Source: Gammaproteobacteria bacterium (GTDB lineage Bacteria > Pseudomonadota > Gammaproteobacteria > Eutrophobiales > Eutrophobiaceae). From it: DNA of 64,000 nt. The stretch covers positions 2,194,242 to 2,258,241 of the forward strand of contig OZ241847.1 in NCBI GenBank assembly GCA_965202915.1, in the 5' to 3' direction. The notes under the pieces were generated by a model. It made no database searches and was not told the DNA's origin. It saw only the letters and a program-made list of their open reading frames with translations. Made by a program: the position numbers and the translations under genes. This document shows positions 17,594 through 29,021 of the stretch, piece after piece (within the stretch, counting starts at the first letter, position 1; every line of letters begins with the position of its first letter).

Positions 17594-17935
17594 ATGACTG
17601 ATACCGTATTTGGAAAAATCATAGCCGGGGAAATACCCGCGGACGTGGTCTATGAGGATGACTTGTGTCTGGGATTTCGTGACGTCAATCCTCAGGCACC
17701 GACCCATATACTGCTGATTCCGAAAAAATCTATCGCTAAATTATCCGAGGCAGGGCCGGAGGATCAGGCGTTGCTTGGCCACCTGATGTTGACCGCCGCT
17801 AAAATTGCCGGACAGGAAGGTGTTGGTGATCGCTTCCGGCTGGTGATGAATAATGGTGCTGATGCCGGTCAAACCGTATTCCATCTGCATATCCATATCC
17901 TTGCCGGTCGACAATTGGACTGGCCCCCCGGGTAG
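17594..17935 (+). CDS. HIT-family (histidine triad) nucleotide hydrolase
   Basis: MTDTVFGKIIAGEIPADVVYEDD... and the histidine triad HLHIHIL. ATG at 17594. Confidence 0.85.
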   Translation: MTDTVFGKIIAGEIPADVVYEDDLCLGFRDVNPQAPTHILLIPKKSIAKLSEAGPEDQALLGHLMLTAAKIAGQEGVGDRFRLVMNNGADAGQTVFHLHIHILAGRQLDWPPG

Positions 17936-17968
17936 CCTGGCCCGTCCCGGCAATAAAGATGCGGCTTT

Positions 17969-18784
17969 TTAGTGCTTCTTTTGCCGGCATAAAAGCGAAA
18001 TAAAATAGGCTGAGCAAGCGATGAGCACCATGACGGATGCCGCCGGCAGATCAGGCTGATAGGAAACGGCCAATCCAAGCCAGGTGACCATTAATGCAAT
18101 CAGGCAGGCAACGATCATCATTTTTTTCAGTGATTTTGTGAATAGAGCCGCGGTCGCGGCCGGCATGCTTAACAAACAGATAACCAGTATTAATCCAACG
18201 ACTTGTATTAATAATACGACGGTCAGTGCAATCAATAAAAACAGCAAATAATAGATTGCCTCGACGTTAATGCCTCGAATGCGGGCAAATTCTTCATCAA
18301 AGACCGATAACAGTATTTGTTGGTAAAAGATCGATACCACGCTGATGATCACTATATCAAGAACCAGCATCAGAATAAGATCGGAATCAGTGATCAGCAG
18401 GATATTGCCAAATAGATAAGCGAATAAATCCACGTTATATCCCGGCGTCTTTGACAGGAAGATAATGCCGATTGCCATCCCGGCGGACCATATTGCGGCA
18501 ATTAAGACGTCTTCCTGCTGTTTCCATTTCAGATTAATCCAGCCAATAATCATTGCCGCGATAATCGCGGTGATGATTGCGCCGTGCATCGGCGACGCAC
18601 CAAAGAAATAGGCGATACCCATGCCTGCCAGAACCGAATGCGCTATCCCGGCACTGATGCTGCTGATCCTCTTGACAACGACGTAACTGCCAATGATGCC
18701 GCAACCGATGCTCGCCAGCAGACAGGCAATCACCGCATATTGCATGAATTGGTAATTGCTTAATAAATTAATGGCTTCATTCAT
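17969..18784 (-). CDS. znuB: Zinc/manganese ABC transporter permease (ABC-3 family, ZnuB-like)
   Basis: 271 aa multi-TM protein with a typical ZnuB/MntB profile. Lies in an operon with the upstream ATPase (4-nt overlap). Confidence 0.75.
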   Translation of the reverse strand: MNEAINLLSNYQFMQYAVIACLLASIGCGIIGSYVVVKRISSISAGIAHSVLAGMGIAYFFGASPMHGAIITAIIAAMIIGWINLKWKQQEDVLIAAIWSAGMAIGIIFLSKTPGYNVDLFAYLFGNILLITDSDLILMLVLDIVIISVVSIFYQQILLSVFDEEFARIRGINVEAIYYLLFLLIALTVVLLIQVVGLILVICLLSMPAATAALFTKSLKKMMIVACLIALMVTWLGLAVSYQPDLPAASVMVLIACSAYFISLLCRQKKH

Positions 18785-19497
18785 ACCGGATGCTGATGAT
18801 GAATGATATTGACCCGCACGTCGTAGAGTTCCTCAATCATCTTGCCGCTGATTGATTCGGTGTCGTGGCAAATCAGTGTTTTATTCAGACAAGCGACTCT
18901 GCTGACATAGGAGGAAATAAAGGCCACGTCATGCGACACAATAATGATGGTCATATATTCATTGTATTTTTCCAGAAAACTGAAAATATTTTCTTCCCCT
19001 TTGACGTCAATATTGGCCGTTGGCTCATCCAAAATAAGGATCTTCGGACGACAAACCAGCGCCCGCGCCACCAATACACGCTGGAGTTGGCCGCCCGATA
19101 ACGCGCCTATGGGTTTGGCGGCTATATGATCGATTTCCACCTCCCGCATGGTTTCCCTTACCAACGCACTGTGCTCAGACTGTATGCTATTGGCGGTTCC
19201 AAGCATGACCACTTCTTCAACAGTGATCGGAAAGTCTCTGGAAAACTTTGCATATTGGGGAACATAACCAATGTGATGCACGGCTTGTTCAGGCGGCTTG
19301 CCATAAATTGTGATCTTGCCGCGTTCAGGCTTTAGCAGTCCCAGCATTAATTTAAGGAGGGTCGTCTTGCCGCCGGCATTCGGGCCAATGATGCCAATAA
19401 ATTCCTCTTGATAAATGGAAAGATTAATATCCTTTAATACCCGCACCTCCGAATAGGAGAAATCAAGCGCCTGAATATCGATGACTATATCCGCCAT
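18781..19497 (-). CDS. znuC: Zinc ABC transporter ATP-binding protein
   Basis: Walker A GPNAGGKTTLLK, ABC signature LSGGQLQRVLVARAL, Walker B ILILDEP. Confidence 0.85.
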   Translation of the reverse strand: MADIVIDIQALDFSYSEVRVLKDINLSIYQEEFIGIIGPNAGGKTTLLKLMLGLLKPERGKITIYGKPPEQAVHHIGYVPQYAKFSRDFPITVEEVVMLGTANSIQSEHSALVRETMREVEIDHIAAKPIGALSGGQLQRVLVARALVCRPKILILDEPTANIDVKGEENIFSFLEKYNEYMTIIIVSHDVAFISSYVSRVACLNKTLICHDTESISGKMIEELYDVRVNIIHHQHPV

Positions 19498-20462
19498 TAT
19501 CTTAATGATAATGCAATTGCATCACTCACGCGATCCAGATTGGCAAGATAATCCTCCGCCAACGGGTCTATAGTGATAATGTTGCCATTAATCTCTTTCG
19601 CAAGAACGCTGGCGGCATTTTGATTGAACTGGGGCTGTACAAATATGGTGCGCACCGCGTTTGTTTTGGCAAATTGGATCAGATCAACCAGTTTTGCGGC
19701 ATTAAGCTCGCGTCCATATTCCTCAAGTGATACCTGAACCAGGTCATAATCATGGGCAAAATATCCCCATGCAGGATGTGAAACGATAAATGCTTTGCGT
19801 TTTTTATCGGCCAGTTTGGATTTGATTTTTTCATCCATCAAAATGAGGGCGTCGGTTAAATGTTTGTGGTTGTCGGCAAATTCACTTTGCAATAAAGGTT
19901 TCAAGCGGAGGAGATGCGCGTATATTGCATCCGCTAAATGCGCCGCCTGTCTTGGACTGGTCCATATATGGGGATCAATATTATTACCGCTTTGATGGTG
20001 GTGGTGATCATTAATTTTGACGGCCGCGTCACAGCACCTGAGCAGTTGCATTTGCGGGTGGCGTTGCATAAAGACCTCGGCCCAAACCGATTCAAAAGGA
20101 ACACCAATAAAAAAAAACAGGTCCGTCGAGGCCAGTGCCGCCATTTGTTTTGGGGTCGGTTCATAGATCGCCGGATTATGCCCAGGTTTCACCATTACAG
20201 ACACGTCAACGTGGTCCCCGCCGATGCGTTCAACAAAATATTTTTGTGGTGGCACCGATACAAACACCCTGATCTTGTCATCCGCATGCAGGAATGATGC
20301 GTTGAGTAGCAGGACAAATAAAATACAGTGGCCGATAAGGTTGCCTCTGTCCATATCCATCATTGATTTCATAAAATCCGTAACGGCCAAATGGCCTGAT
20401 TGGTTTCCGGTAAAGACCCGTTTTGCGAGCTTGTCACTGAATATACGGCACCGATGGTTCAT
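19497..20462 (-). CDS. znuA: Periplasmic zinc-binding protein ZnuA (TroA-like) with His-rich loop; the true start is probably an internal Met before the signal peptide
   Basis: Signal-like LIGHCILFVLLLNASFLHA, His-rich loop NDHHHHQSGNNIDPH and cluster-9 solute-binding-protein architecture. Confidence 0.75.
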   Translation of the reverse strand: MNHRCRIFSDKLAKRVFTGNQSGHLAVTDFMKSMMDMDRGNLIGHCILFVLLLNASFLHADDKIRVFVSVPPQKYFVERIGGDHVDVSVMVKPGHNPAIYEPTPKQMAALASTDLFFFIGVPFESVWAEVFMQRHPQMQLLRCCDAAVKINDHHHHQSGNNIDPHIWTSPRQAAHLADAIYAHLLRLKPLLQSEFADNHKHLTDALILMDEKIKSKLADKKRKAFIVSHPAWGYFAHDYDLVQVSLEEYGRELNAAKLVDLIQFAKTNAVRTIFVQPQFNQNAASVLAKEINGNIITIDPLAEDYLANLDRVSDAIALSLR

Positions 20463-20925
20463 GCCCGGGCGGTCTTGCCGGCCATTTGATTGAACGCCAC
20501 AAGCTATGCAGCGTCTAATACCTCAAGCCTGGTCGTTCCGCAATAAATGTAACCCTCGATATAATGAACACCCTTTTGAGCCGCCACGCTTGTTTGCTGA
20601 ATTGATTGTAACAGGCATATAAACATTACGCCGATCTTTCACGGGTCGGAACGGGCTGATAGTATTATGGTTTTGCATGATCAAGTATCGATTACACTAT
20701 AACATATCACCTTATTTTATTGCACGTTCCGACTGGTTAATAGTGTGAATCCGGATAACAATCAAAGCGGCCGCGTCGCTTTATTGCACCTGCCATCGAA
20801 CGCTGGGATAAATATGCAGTCCGGAACACCTGGCACAACCGGGCGCCCTCGATTCAGCGATCACCGGGCGGGCGGTAATATTGGTTTAAGCGGGTGTTTC
20901 CAATATAATTGGCGAAAAAGTTGAT

Positions 20926-21186
20926 ATGGACGATGGAATAAAATACGACGAATATCTCGATGCCAAGGGTCTGAATTGCCCCTTGCCCATCTTAAAGACC
21001 AAGGTGCTGCTCAATAAAATGCAAGCCGGTCGAGTGCTTTACGTTGAAGCCACCGACCCACATTCAAAGGTTGATTTTGAAGCCTATTGCGCCAGAACAA
21101 ATCACGGTTTGTTGACCAGTGGTAAAACCGATGATGGGATTTTTTCCTTTTATATAAAACGCGCCGAAAATCCAAAAAAAATATGA
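20926..21186 (+). CDS. TusA-like sulfurtransferase (CPxP motif)
   Basis: 86 aa with LDAKGLNCPLPILKTK, the TusA/SirA active-site CPxP motif. Confidence 0.7.
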   Translation: MDDGIKYDEYLDAKGLNCPLPILKTKVLLNKMQAGRVLYVEATDPHSKVDFEAYCARTNHGLLTSGKTDDGIFSFYIKRAENPKKI

Positions 21187-21318
21187 ACGTCCGTCGCCCA
21201 TATTAACCATGATGCCCTGCTTTATTATGCAAGCGCGGCATACATCCGCAACTCTAACGAGCATATCTCATCCGGTAATGATATGATATACAGGGCATGC
21301 CGCTCCGCGGAGGATAGA

Positions 21319-21981
21319 ATGACTGCAAAAAAGATTTTAGTTGTTGACGACGACGCCACCACTGCGATTGTTATGCAGTTGTACCTGCGAAATTTCGGTT
21401 TCCACGTACCTACTATTGCCAAGTCGGCCAGCGAGGCGATTTCCATGGCAAAAGCCGAAAGACCAGACCTGGTATTAATGGACATTCGCCTTGGAGGAGG
21501 TCTGGATGGCATTGACGCCGCCGAGGTGATCATTGAAAGGATTGGTATTCCGGTGGTTTACGTCACCGCCTATTCGGATGAAGCCACCCTGGAACGGGCA
21601 CAATTGTCCAACCCCGTCGGTTTTATTAATAAACCGTTGCGCGAAAAAGATCTGAAGACAACACTTCGATTTGCATTGACCGGCAATAACAAGCCGCAAC
21701 CAAAAACCGTCCGAAACTTTAATATGGTCTCAATGTTGCGAAATATTTATGATCTTACCCGTGCGGAAGCAAGAGTAGTGGCGACCTTGCTTAATAACCC
21801 CAATGTTGAAAATGCCGCAAACACCTTACACGTCAGTCTCTCCACCGTGCGCACGCATTTAAAGCATATATATCGAAAGACCGGCACCAAACGCCAAACG
21901 GCCCTGCTACACAAAATAGTGACCGGGCCAATCCCAACAATAATGGGTTCTCCCGAACTACCGATCCAAACTGAGGACTGA
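21319..21981 (+). CDS. Two-component response regulator, receiver domain plus LuxR/GerE-type HTH
   Basis: KILVVDDD...DLVLMDIRLGGGLDG receiver motifs and a C-terminal LTRAEARVVATLL...LHVSLSTVRTHLKHIYRKTG HTH. Confidence 0.75.
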   Translation: MTAKKILVVDDDATTAIVMQLYLRNFGFHVPTIAKSASEAISMAKAERPDLVLMDIRLGGGLDGIDAAEVIIERIGIPVVYVTAYSDEATLERAQLSNPVGFINKPLREKDLKTTLRFALTGNNKPQPKTVRNFNMVSMLRNIYDLTRAEARVVATLLNNPNVENAANTLHVSLSTVRTHLKHIYRKTGTKRQTALLHKIVTGPIPTIMGSPELPIQTED

Positions 21982-22075
21982 GATAAATTGCCCGCAAACA
22001 TTGACCCCAAAAGCAATCCCGAACAGACCATGTATTCAATCCCACGGCCTTTAGCCGCGGTTCGGTAAATAAAAT

Positions 22076-22152
22076 TGGTAGCGGGGGCAGGATTTGAACC
22101 TGCGACCTTCGGGTTATGAGCCCGACGAGCTGCCAGACTGCTCCACCCCGCA
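22076..22152 (-). tRNA. metY: Initiator tRNA-fMet (anticodon CAT)
   Basis: The reverse complement reads GCGGGGTGGAGCAGTCTGGCAGCTCGTCGGGCTCATAACCCGAAGGTCGCAGGTTCAAATCCTGCCCCCGCTACCA. This is near-identical in pattern to E. coli tRNA-fMet, with the 5' C:A-type end, three G-C pairs in the anticodon stem and an encoded CCA. Confidence 0.85.
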
Positions 22153-22294
22153 CCGGACGGTCAAGTATAAAGGCCTGAGTTTATTTTTCAAGGGGGGCGT
22201 ATAAATCCGCAATATACGGATCAGTATGGGATAGACGGGGTTGTGGTTGCGATGTGCTCGGACAATAACCGTAGCCAGAGAGATATCGCCTCAA

Positions 22295-22801
22295 CTAACC
22301 GCCACTCAATAATGCAAAAACGCCAATGATCGCACCGATTCCAACACCAATTTGAACGTCCGCGGGTGCATTAACGACGGCCTTTGTGAACCAGTCATAT
22401 TCCTGTTCCGGTTGTTGCTCGGGAGCGTCGGTGGCCTGGGGCTCAGCAGATTCATCGTTTGCCGTTGTTTTGCCGTTTCCCGCTTCAGCACCATGATAAA
22501 TATAATAATCACTCTCGGTAACGCGGATACCACCCAGTTCAAATGACCATATCCCGTGTTTGTCCATCTCCAGGCCGAAAAGCGCCGGCTTGTTGAGATC
22601 AAAACCGGAATCAATGGGTGTTTGTATCAAGCTGCGGTCCAGTCTCAAGCCAAAACTGTATTGGTTCGCCGATTGACTTGCGCCGGCGAGCGGAATATTA
22701 AAATAGACGTAGGCCTGATGATCCAGAACAGGTTCGATGGCATAAAGGTTGAAAGAAACGGCTGAAATAACCGCGAATAGAAGACAGTGTGGTTTGCGCA
22801 T
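22295..22801 (-). CDS. Hypothetical exported protein with a C-terminal hydrophobic anchor
   Basis: Signal-peptide-like MRKPHCLLFAVISAVSFNLYA and an acidic, Gln/Pro-rich region before a C-terminal TM segment. No family recognised. Confidence 0.35.
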   Translation of the reverse strand: MRKPHCLLFAVISAVSFNLYAIEPVLDHQAYVYFNIPLAGASQSANQYSFGLRLDRSLIQTPIDSGFDLNKPALFGLEMDKHGIWSFELGGIRVTESDYYIYHGAEAGNGKTTANDESAEPQATDAPEQQPEQEYDWFTKAVVNAPADVQIGVGIGAIIGVFALLSGG

Positions 22802-22918
22802 ATTATCCTCCCCGGCTATATGAGGGCATGATGAATGACCATGAAAAACCAATATCGATATTTACCCTGCCAGGGGCGTATTCAAGCGGTGCCGTGAAAT
22901 GCTGCAATCTCATCACCT

Positions 22919-23389
22919 TTAGAACGGGATATCATCATCCAAGTCGGCGGTCGGGCCGGGTTGTTGAGGTTTTGCCGGTGCCGGATTTTCACCCGCATTA
23001 GGCCGGGCATTTTGCTGTGGAGGCGTGCTATCAATACTGGCCGAGCCGCCACTGCGACTATCCAGCATTTGCATTTCCCTGGCGACGATTTCCGTCGTAT
23101 AGCGATCATTACCCTCCTTGTCCTGCCATTTACTTGTTTGTATTCGGCCCTCCACGTACACCTTGGAGCCCTTATGCAGGTATTCACCAACGATCTCGGC
23201 AAGGCGCCCGAAAAAAACCACTCTATGCCACTCCGTGCGTTCCTGCTGGTCGCCGGTTTCTTTGTCACGCCATGACTCACTGGTGGCAATACTTATGTTG
23301 GCAACCGCGGCCCCATTGGCCGTGTAGCGTATATCCGGATCATTCCCCAGATTACCGATTAAAATAGCTTTATTAATACCGCCGGCCAT
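22919..23389 (-). CDS. ssb: Single-stranded DNA-binding protein
   Basis: [23 protein letters not shown]... OB-fold sequence, a Gly/Gln/Pro-rich linker and the acidic tail DLDDDIPF. Confidence 0.9.
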   Translation of the reverse strand: MAGGINKAILIGNLGNDPDIRYTANGAAVANISIATSESWRDKETGDQQERTEWHRVVFFGRLAEIVGEYLHKGSKVYVEGRIQTSKWQDKEGNDRYTTEIVAREMQMLDSRSGGSASIDSTPPQQNARPNAGENPAPAKPQQPGPTADLDDDIPF

Positions 23390-23669
23390 ATTTTGATCCC
23401 CCTGTCTCCTTAATAGTGTCCTTGCTCCCGGCACAGGATACCCTTTTTGTTGGAAAGATGACAACAAATATTTGATGCCGGCACATTCTAAAAAACGGCG
23501 GGACGGCGAGTGTCTGGCAGGACGTCTTTCCAGTGCGGGCGTCTTGCCGGTCGATCTCTGCATTCCCTTTCAAGTTGACCCCGGAACGCCGGTCACGCAA
23601 CAGGTTGATTCTGCCCGCGTTGCGCAAATTATCCGGCAGAACCCTCAGACGGCGGATTTGCTGTTTTGC

Positions 23670-25091
23670 TCAGGCCTTTTGCTCAGACCGCGCATCCAGA
23701 ATGTATCCGGCTTGATGCAGTGAATCGCGATCCAGATTATCGATATCAACCTTCAAATAGGCCACGCCCTCTTCCGCGACCACGGTTGCATCCACCACCC
23801 CGGATACGGCCGATAACGTGCCGGCCAGTTTGCCGGCGTTTTCGGCGTCCAGCTTGCCTACGTTAAGCAGATAGCTCTTATGCCGAGCGAGCCGGGGCAG
23901 GGTCAATATCAGGATAAGCCAGGGCAGGGTTAATAACGCACAACCAAAATAAACCGCGGCAATACCAAATAGTGCATATAATCCACCGCCCGCTATTCCA
24001 CCCACAAAAATGCCGGCAAATTGGGCGGTGGAATGTGCACCGAGGGCGGTGCCCTTGGCGGCAATCGGCGCACTGCGCGACACCTGCGAAGGCAGGAAGG
24101 CTTCAAGGTAATTAAATGCAATAAACAGCATCGTGGTCAAGAAAAACACCGCGGCATGTGAGGAATAGTATAATGCATTGCCGAATTGTGAGATAAATAG
24201 TAACAGGGTTGAAGGAAGTAGATATTTGCCGGGGTTGCCCCGGCGTTCTCCATATACCAACACCGAGCCGGCAATCACCAGCGAAATGAGGACTACCGGC
24301 AAATAAAAATGCCAATGCATTGCCGCCTCCAGTCGGTGATGGTCGAGCAGGATAATCGGCAACACGGTAAAATTGGCCATAAGGATCGTATGGGCGATAA
24401 GGATGCTGAGATTAAGCCGCACCAAAACAGGGTTGCGGATCACCGATTTTAAATCGGCGTAAATGAATCCGGTGTCGCGATATCTGCGTATCCGCCGGGG
24501 ATCGGGCACCATAACAAACAGGACGGCTATCGCGGCAACGGCGAGCAGAGTGCACAATAGGAACAGGCCGGCGTGGCCCACCACCGCGTACATTATCGGC
24601 CCGGCAACAAAGGCGAATGAAAACGCGAGCCCTATGCCGCCGCCAATAATCGCCATGATCTTGGTACGCTGCTCATCTCGGGTTAAATCCGCGGCCAGCG
24701 CCAGCGTGGCCGCGGCTATCGCACCGGCCCCCTGCAACGCCCGACCGATAATGATCATATCGATGGTATCAGCCCCGGCGGCGATCAGACTGCCCACGGC
24801 GAAAATAACCAGTCCCAGGGTAATAACCGGTTTTCTTCCCCAGCGATCGGATAACAGGCCAAACGGGATTTGAAAGACCGCCTGCGTCAGACCGTAGATC
24901 CCCAGCGCAAGCCCGGTCTTAAAAGGCGTGTTGCCGGCAAGCTCGTTTGCCATCAGGGCAATGACCGGCAACAGCATAAACAGCCCCAGCATGCGAAGAA
25001 ACAGCACCAGGGAAACGGACGCTCCAACTTTTAACTCAAAAGCGGAAATTTTATTATCGGGGGTCACTGACGATTGAATTGCATCACGCAT
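23670..25091 (-). CDS. MFS transporter with a roughly 75-aa soluble C-terminal extension
   Basis: 12-TM MFS profile with [12 protein letters not shown] (motif A). The start was chosen at MRDAIQSS at 25091 to avoid overlapping uvrA. The C-terminal ...[30 protein letters not shown]... lies outside the TM core. Confidence 0.75.
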   Translation of the reverse strand: MRDAIQSSVTPDNKISAFELKVGASVSLVLFLRMLGLFMLLPVIALMANELAGNTPFKTGLALGIYGLTQAVFQIPFGLLSDRWGRKPVITLGLVIFAVGSLIAAGADTIDMIIIGRALQGAGAIAAATLALAADLTRDEQRTKIMAIIGGGIGLAFSFAFVAGPIMYAVVGHAGLFLLCTLLAVAAIAVLFVMVPDPRRIRRYRDTGFIYADLKSVIRNPVLVRLNLSILIAHTILMANFTVLPIILLDHHRLEAAMHWHFYLPVVLISLVIAGSVLVYGERRGNPGKYLLPSTLLLFISQFGNALYYSSHAAVFFLTTMLFIAFNYLEAFLPSQVSRSAPIAAKGTALGAHSTAQFAGIFVGGIAGGGLYALFGIAAVYFGCALLTLPWLILILTLPRLARHKSYLLNVGKLDAENAGKLAGTLSAVSGVVDATVVAEEGVAYLKVDIDNLDRDSLHQAGYILDARSEQKA

Positions 25092-25140
25092 GTAAAAACA
25101 TTTATAGTAACAGGTTATTTTGTCACTGGCGAAAGAGTAA

Positions 25141-28020
25141 ATGGATAGTATTAGAATACGCGGGGCACGCACCCATAACCTGAATAATGTTGACCTGGAT
25201 ATTCCCAGGGACCGGCTCATCGTGATCACCGGGATCTCCGGATCAGGCAAATCATCGCTTGCATTTGATACCATCTATGCGGACGGGCAACGGCGTTACG
25301 TTGAATCGCTGTCGGCCTACGCGCGCCAGTTTCTATCGGTGATGGAAAAACCCGACGTCGATCATATAGAGGGTCTTTCACCGGCAATTTCCATCGAACA
25401 AAAATCAACCTCACATAACCCCCGTTCCACGGTCGGCACGATCACCGAAATCTATGATTATCTGCGCTTACTGTTTGCAAGAGTGGGTGAACCGCACTGC
25501 CCCACGCATCGGACGCCGCTGGCCGCGCAAACCGTCGGTCAGATGGTGGATCAAGTGATGACGCGTGAACAGGGGGAAAGATTAATGCTGCTTGCTCCGG
25601 TGGTACAGGATCGCAAGGGCGAACACGTGCAATTGATAGAACGACTCAGGATAGATGGTTTTTTGCGGGCGCGGGTGGACGGGCAAATCATTGAACTGGA
25701 CAACGTGCCCGCTCTCGATCTTTATAAAAAACACACAATAGAAGTGGTGGTCGATAGATTCAAGATTAAACCCACGCCGGAAATGCAACTCAGATTGAGC
25801 GAGTCCTTTGAAACCGCACTGAAATTATCCGAAGGTACGGCAAAGATCGTTGCAATGGATAATGAATGCGATGAACAACTGTTTTCTTCATTGTTTGCCT
25901 GTAATCAATGCGGTTATAGCCTGAACGAGCTTGAACCAAGATCATTTTCCTTCAATAATCCGGCCGGTGCCTGTGACGGCTGTGACGGCCTTGGGATAAT
26001 AGAGTTTGTCGACCCGGATCGAGTCGTGCGGGACCCTGATCTGAGCCTGCCCGGCGGCGCGATAAAGGGTTGGGACAGACGCAACGCCTATTATTACCAA
26101 ATGCTAAAGTCTCTCGCTCAGCATTATAAGTTTGAGCTTGACGCGCCGTTTAACCGTTTATCAAAAGAGATACAAAACGTGATTCTTTACGGCAGTGGAA
26201 CCGCCGAGATTGAATTCCAATATCTGCACGACGGCGGTACTCCCCTTGTTCAACGCCATACTTTTGAAGGCGTGTTGCCGAATATGCAACGACGCTTGCG
26301 GGAAACGGAATCAATTACGATGCGGGAAGAGCTGTCCAAATACCAGACCAGCACAAGCTGTTCAAAATGTGACGGCACCCGGCTGAACCAAGCCGCTCGC
26401 CACGTGTTTATAGAGACCATGGCCTTGCCGAATATCACCGCGATGACCATCGTCAAGGCGCAATCTTTTTTTGCGTCATTGCACTTGCAGGGAAGTCGCG
26501 GTGAAATTGCCGCCAAGATACTCAAGGAAGTGAACGACCGTTTGCGTTTCCTGGTCAACGTCGGGCTGGATTATTTGACGCTTAACCGCAGTGCCGAAAC
26601 ACTTTCCGGCGGAGAGGCGCAGCGAATACGCCTGGCCAGCCAGATCGGTGCCGGACTGGTCGGGGTAATGTACGTACTGGATGAACCTTCCATCGGATTG
26701 CATCAGCGTGATAACCGGCGACTGTTATCCACCCTGTTCGATTTACGTGATTTGGGAAATACCGTGATCGTCGTTGAACACGACGAGGAGGCGATCAATG
26801 CCGCGGATCACGTCATCGACATCGGTCCGGGCGCCGGTATTCATGGAGGCTGCATTGTCGCCGAGGGCAAACCTGAGGAGATCGCCGCCGATCCAAATTC
26901 GCTGACCGGACAATACTTGTCCGGCGTGAAAGAAATTGCAACACCCAGGCGACGCACGACCTATGACAAGACGCGCACCCTAAAACTGACGGGCGCAAGC
27001 GGTAATAATCTGAACTCGGTGAATTTGGCAATACCAATAGGGCTTATGACTTGTGTAACGGGTGTATCCGGATCGGGGAAATCGACACTGGTCAACGACA
27101 CGCTGTATAAAATCGCGTCACATAAATTGAATTGCGCCAATACTGAGCCGGCCCCATATCAATCCATCTGCGGTCTGGAACATTTTGACAAAGTCATCGA
27201 TATCAATCAGAGTCCAATAGGACGCACGCCGCGCTCTAATCCGGCCACCTACACCGGTGTATTTACACCGATACGGGAGTTGTACGCGGCCACTCAGGAG
27301 GCGCGTTCACGCGGCTATAAGCCGGGACGCTTCAGTTTTAATGTAAAAGGCGGTCGTTGCGAAGCCTGTCAGGGAGACGGTTTGATCAAGGTGGAAATGC
27401 ACTTCCTGCCGGACATATACGTCCCCTGCGACGTTTGCAAAGGCAGGCGCTATAACCGTGAAACTCTGGATATTCGCTACAAGGGCGTCAATATCCGCGA
27501 AACGCTTGAAATGACCATAGAAGAGGCCCGCGAGTTATTCGACGCGGTGCCGGTGATTGCCCGTAAGCTGCAAACCCTGATGGACGTTGGGCTTAGCTAT
27601 ATCCAGTTGGGTCAAAATGCGACGACTTTATCCGGTGGCGAGGCACAACGGATAAAATTATCCAAAGAACTGTCCAAGCGAGACACGGGTAAAACGCTTT
27701 ATATTCTGGATGAGCCGACAACCGGCCTGCATTTTCATGATATTCGACAACTTTTGGCCGTACTACGGCGCTTGCGGGACCACGGTAATACGATTGTGAT
27801 CATTGAGCATAACCTGGACGTGATCAAAACCGCCGATTGGATTGTCGATATGGGACCGGAAGGCGGTGACGGCGGTGGCAACATTATTGCCAAAGGCACG
27901 CCTGAGAAGATTGCACAGGCAAAAAAATCCTATACCGGGCAATTTCTCAAGAGATTATTTGCTCGCGCGACGCGGCAAAAACGCGCCGGTCGGCAAAAAA
28001 CTCTCGATAAAGTGGGTTGA
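25141..28020 (+). CDS. uvrA: Excinuclease ABC subunit A
   Basis: 959 aa with two ABC modules ([35 protein letters not shown] and [16 protein letters not shown]) and zinc-finger Cys clusters. Confidence 0.95.
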   Translation: MDSIRIRGARTHNLNNVDLDIPRDRLIVITGISGSGKSSLAFDTIYADGQRRYVESLSAYARQFLSVMEKPDVDHIEGLSPAISIEQKSTSHNPRSTVGTITEIYDYLRLLFARVGEPHCPTHRTPLAAQTVGQMVDQVMTREQGERLMLLAPVVQDRKGEHVQLIERLRIDGFLRARVDGQIIELDNVPALDLYKKHTIEVVVDRFKIKPTPEMQLRLSESFETALKLSEGTAKIVAMDNECDEQLFSSLFACNQCGYSLNELEPRSFSFNNPAGACDGCDGLGIIEFVDPDRVVRDPDLSLPGGAIKGWDRRNAYYYQMLKSLAQHYKFELDAPFNRLSKEIQNVILYGSGTAEIEFQYLHDGGTPLVQRHTFEGVLPNMQRRLRETESITMREELSKYQTSTSCSKCDGTRLNQAARHVFIETMALPNITAMTIVKAQSFFASLHLQGSRGEIAAKILKEVNDRLRFLVNVGLDYLTLNRSAETLSGGEAQRIRLASQIGAGLVGVMYVLDEPSIGLHQRDNRRLLSTLFDLRDLGNTVIVVEHDEEAINAADHVIDIGPGAGIHGGCIVAEGKPEEIAADPNSLTGQYLSGVKEIATPRRRTTYDKTRTLKLTGASGNNLNSVNLAIPIGLMTCVTGVSGSGKSTLVNDTLYKIASHKLNCANTEPAPYQSICGLEHFDKVIDINQSPIGRTPRSNPATYTGVFTPIRELYAATQEARSRGYKPGRFSFNVKGGRCEACQGDGLIKVEMHFLPDIYVPCDVCKGRRYNRETLDIRYKGVNIRETLEMTIEEARELFDAVPVIARKLQTLMDVGLSYIQLGQNATTLSGGEAQRIKLSKELSKRDTGKTLYILDEPTTGLHFHDIRQLLAVLRRLRDHGNTIVIIEHNLDVIKTADWIVDMGPEGGDGGGNIIAKGTPEKIAQAKKSYTGQFLKRLFARATRQKRAGRQKTLDKVG

Positions 28021-28082
28021 TACCTTTTCAAACTGAGCGCATTTCATTTATCATGAATACAACAACCCATTAAATATATGAT

Positions 28083-29018
28083 ATGAAAGCGCTTATTTGT
28101 GGCTCAGTTGCCTACGATAATATTATGGTCTTTCCGGACTATTTTAAAAACCATATTTTGCCCGATAAGGTACACATGCTTAATGTGTCATTCATGGTGC
28201 CGAGTCTGAGGCGCGAGTTCGGCGGCTGCGCGGGAAACATCGCCTATAATCTAAATCTGCTCATGGATGATATTGCCGTGCCCATGGGAACGGTGGGTAA
28301 AGATTTCCAACCTTATGCAAACTGGATGGATAAAAATAAGATAAATCGGCAATGCGTCAGAGTCATTGATACCGTTTTTACCGCGCAGGCCTACATTACC
28401 ACCGATTTGGATGATAATCAGATCACCGCTTTTCACTCCGGGGCGATGGAATTTGCGCATCACAACAAAATTGTGAACAAAGACGATATAGCCATCGGCG
28501 TGATTGCGCCCGATGGCCGTGAAGGCATGCTTCAGCACGCCGCACGGTTTCATGATCTGGGCATTCCTTTTATCTTCGACCCGGGACAGGGCATGCCTAT
28601 GTTTGGCGGAGAAGAATTAAAGGATTTTATCCATCAGGCGGATTGGATCACGGTCAATGATTATGAATGGCAGCTCATGCAAAAGTACACCGGATATAAC
28701 GCCGAGGAGGTTGCCGAACAGGTGCGGGCACTGGTTGTGACCCTGGGCGGTCAGGGATCGATAATTTACGCGGCGGGCAAAGAGTATAAAATACCGGCGG
28801 TACAAGTTGATCACTTACAGGATCCAACCGGTTGCGGCGATGCTTTTCGCGCCGGCCTGATGTACGGCTTATTAAAAGATATGGATTGGGAAACCATGGG
28901 GCGCGTTGCATCGTTAATGGGCGCCATCAAGATTGCATCACACGGCAATCAGAATCATTCATTCACGTTCGACGAGTTTCAAGCAAAATTCAAAGAAAGC
29001 TTTAACCGAACAATATAA
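28083..29018 (+). CDS. PfkB-family carbohydrate/nucleoside kinase
   Basis: PfkB signature 2 DPTGCGDAFRAG and a ribokinase-like fold. Confidence 0.75.
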   Translation: MKALICGSVAYDNIMVFPDYFKNHILPDKVHMLNVSFMVPSLRREFGGCAGNIAYNLNLLMDDIAVPMGTVGKDFQPYANWMDKNKINRQCVRVIDTVFTAQAYITTDLDDNQITAFHSGAMEFAHHNKIVNKDDIAIGVIAPDGREGMLQHAARFHDLGIPFIFDPGQGMPMFGGEELKDFIHQADWITVNDYEWQLMQKYTGYNAEEVAEQVRALVVTLGGQGSIIYAAGKEYKIPAVQVDHLQDPTGCGDAFRAGLMYGLLKDMDWETMGRVASLMGAIKIASHGNQNHSFTFDEFQAKFKESFNRTI

Positions 29019-29021
29019 AAA

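Noticed and set aside
20463-20925. Possible Zur box upstream of znuA (for example cactataacatatcac and tgtaacaggcatataaacattac)
   Set aside because: Only half-site-like matches to the TGTTATA-N-TATAACA type palindrome, and no convincing full dyad. It could be real but cannot be supported by eye.
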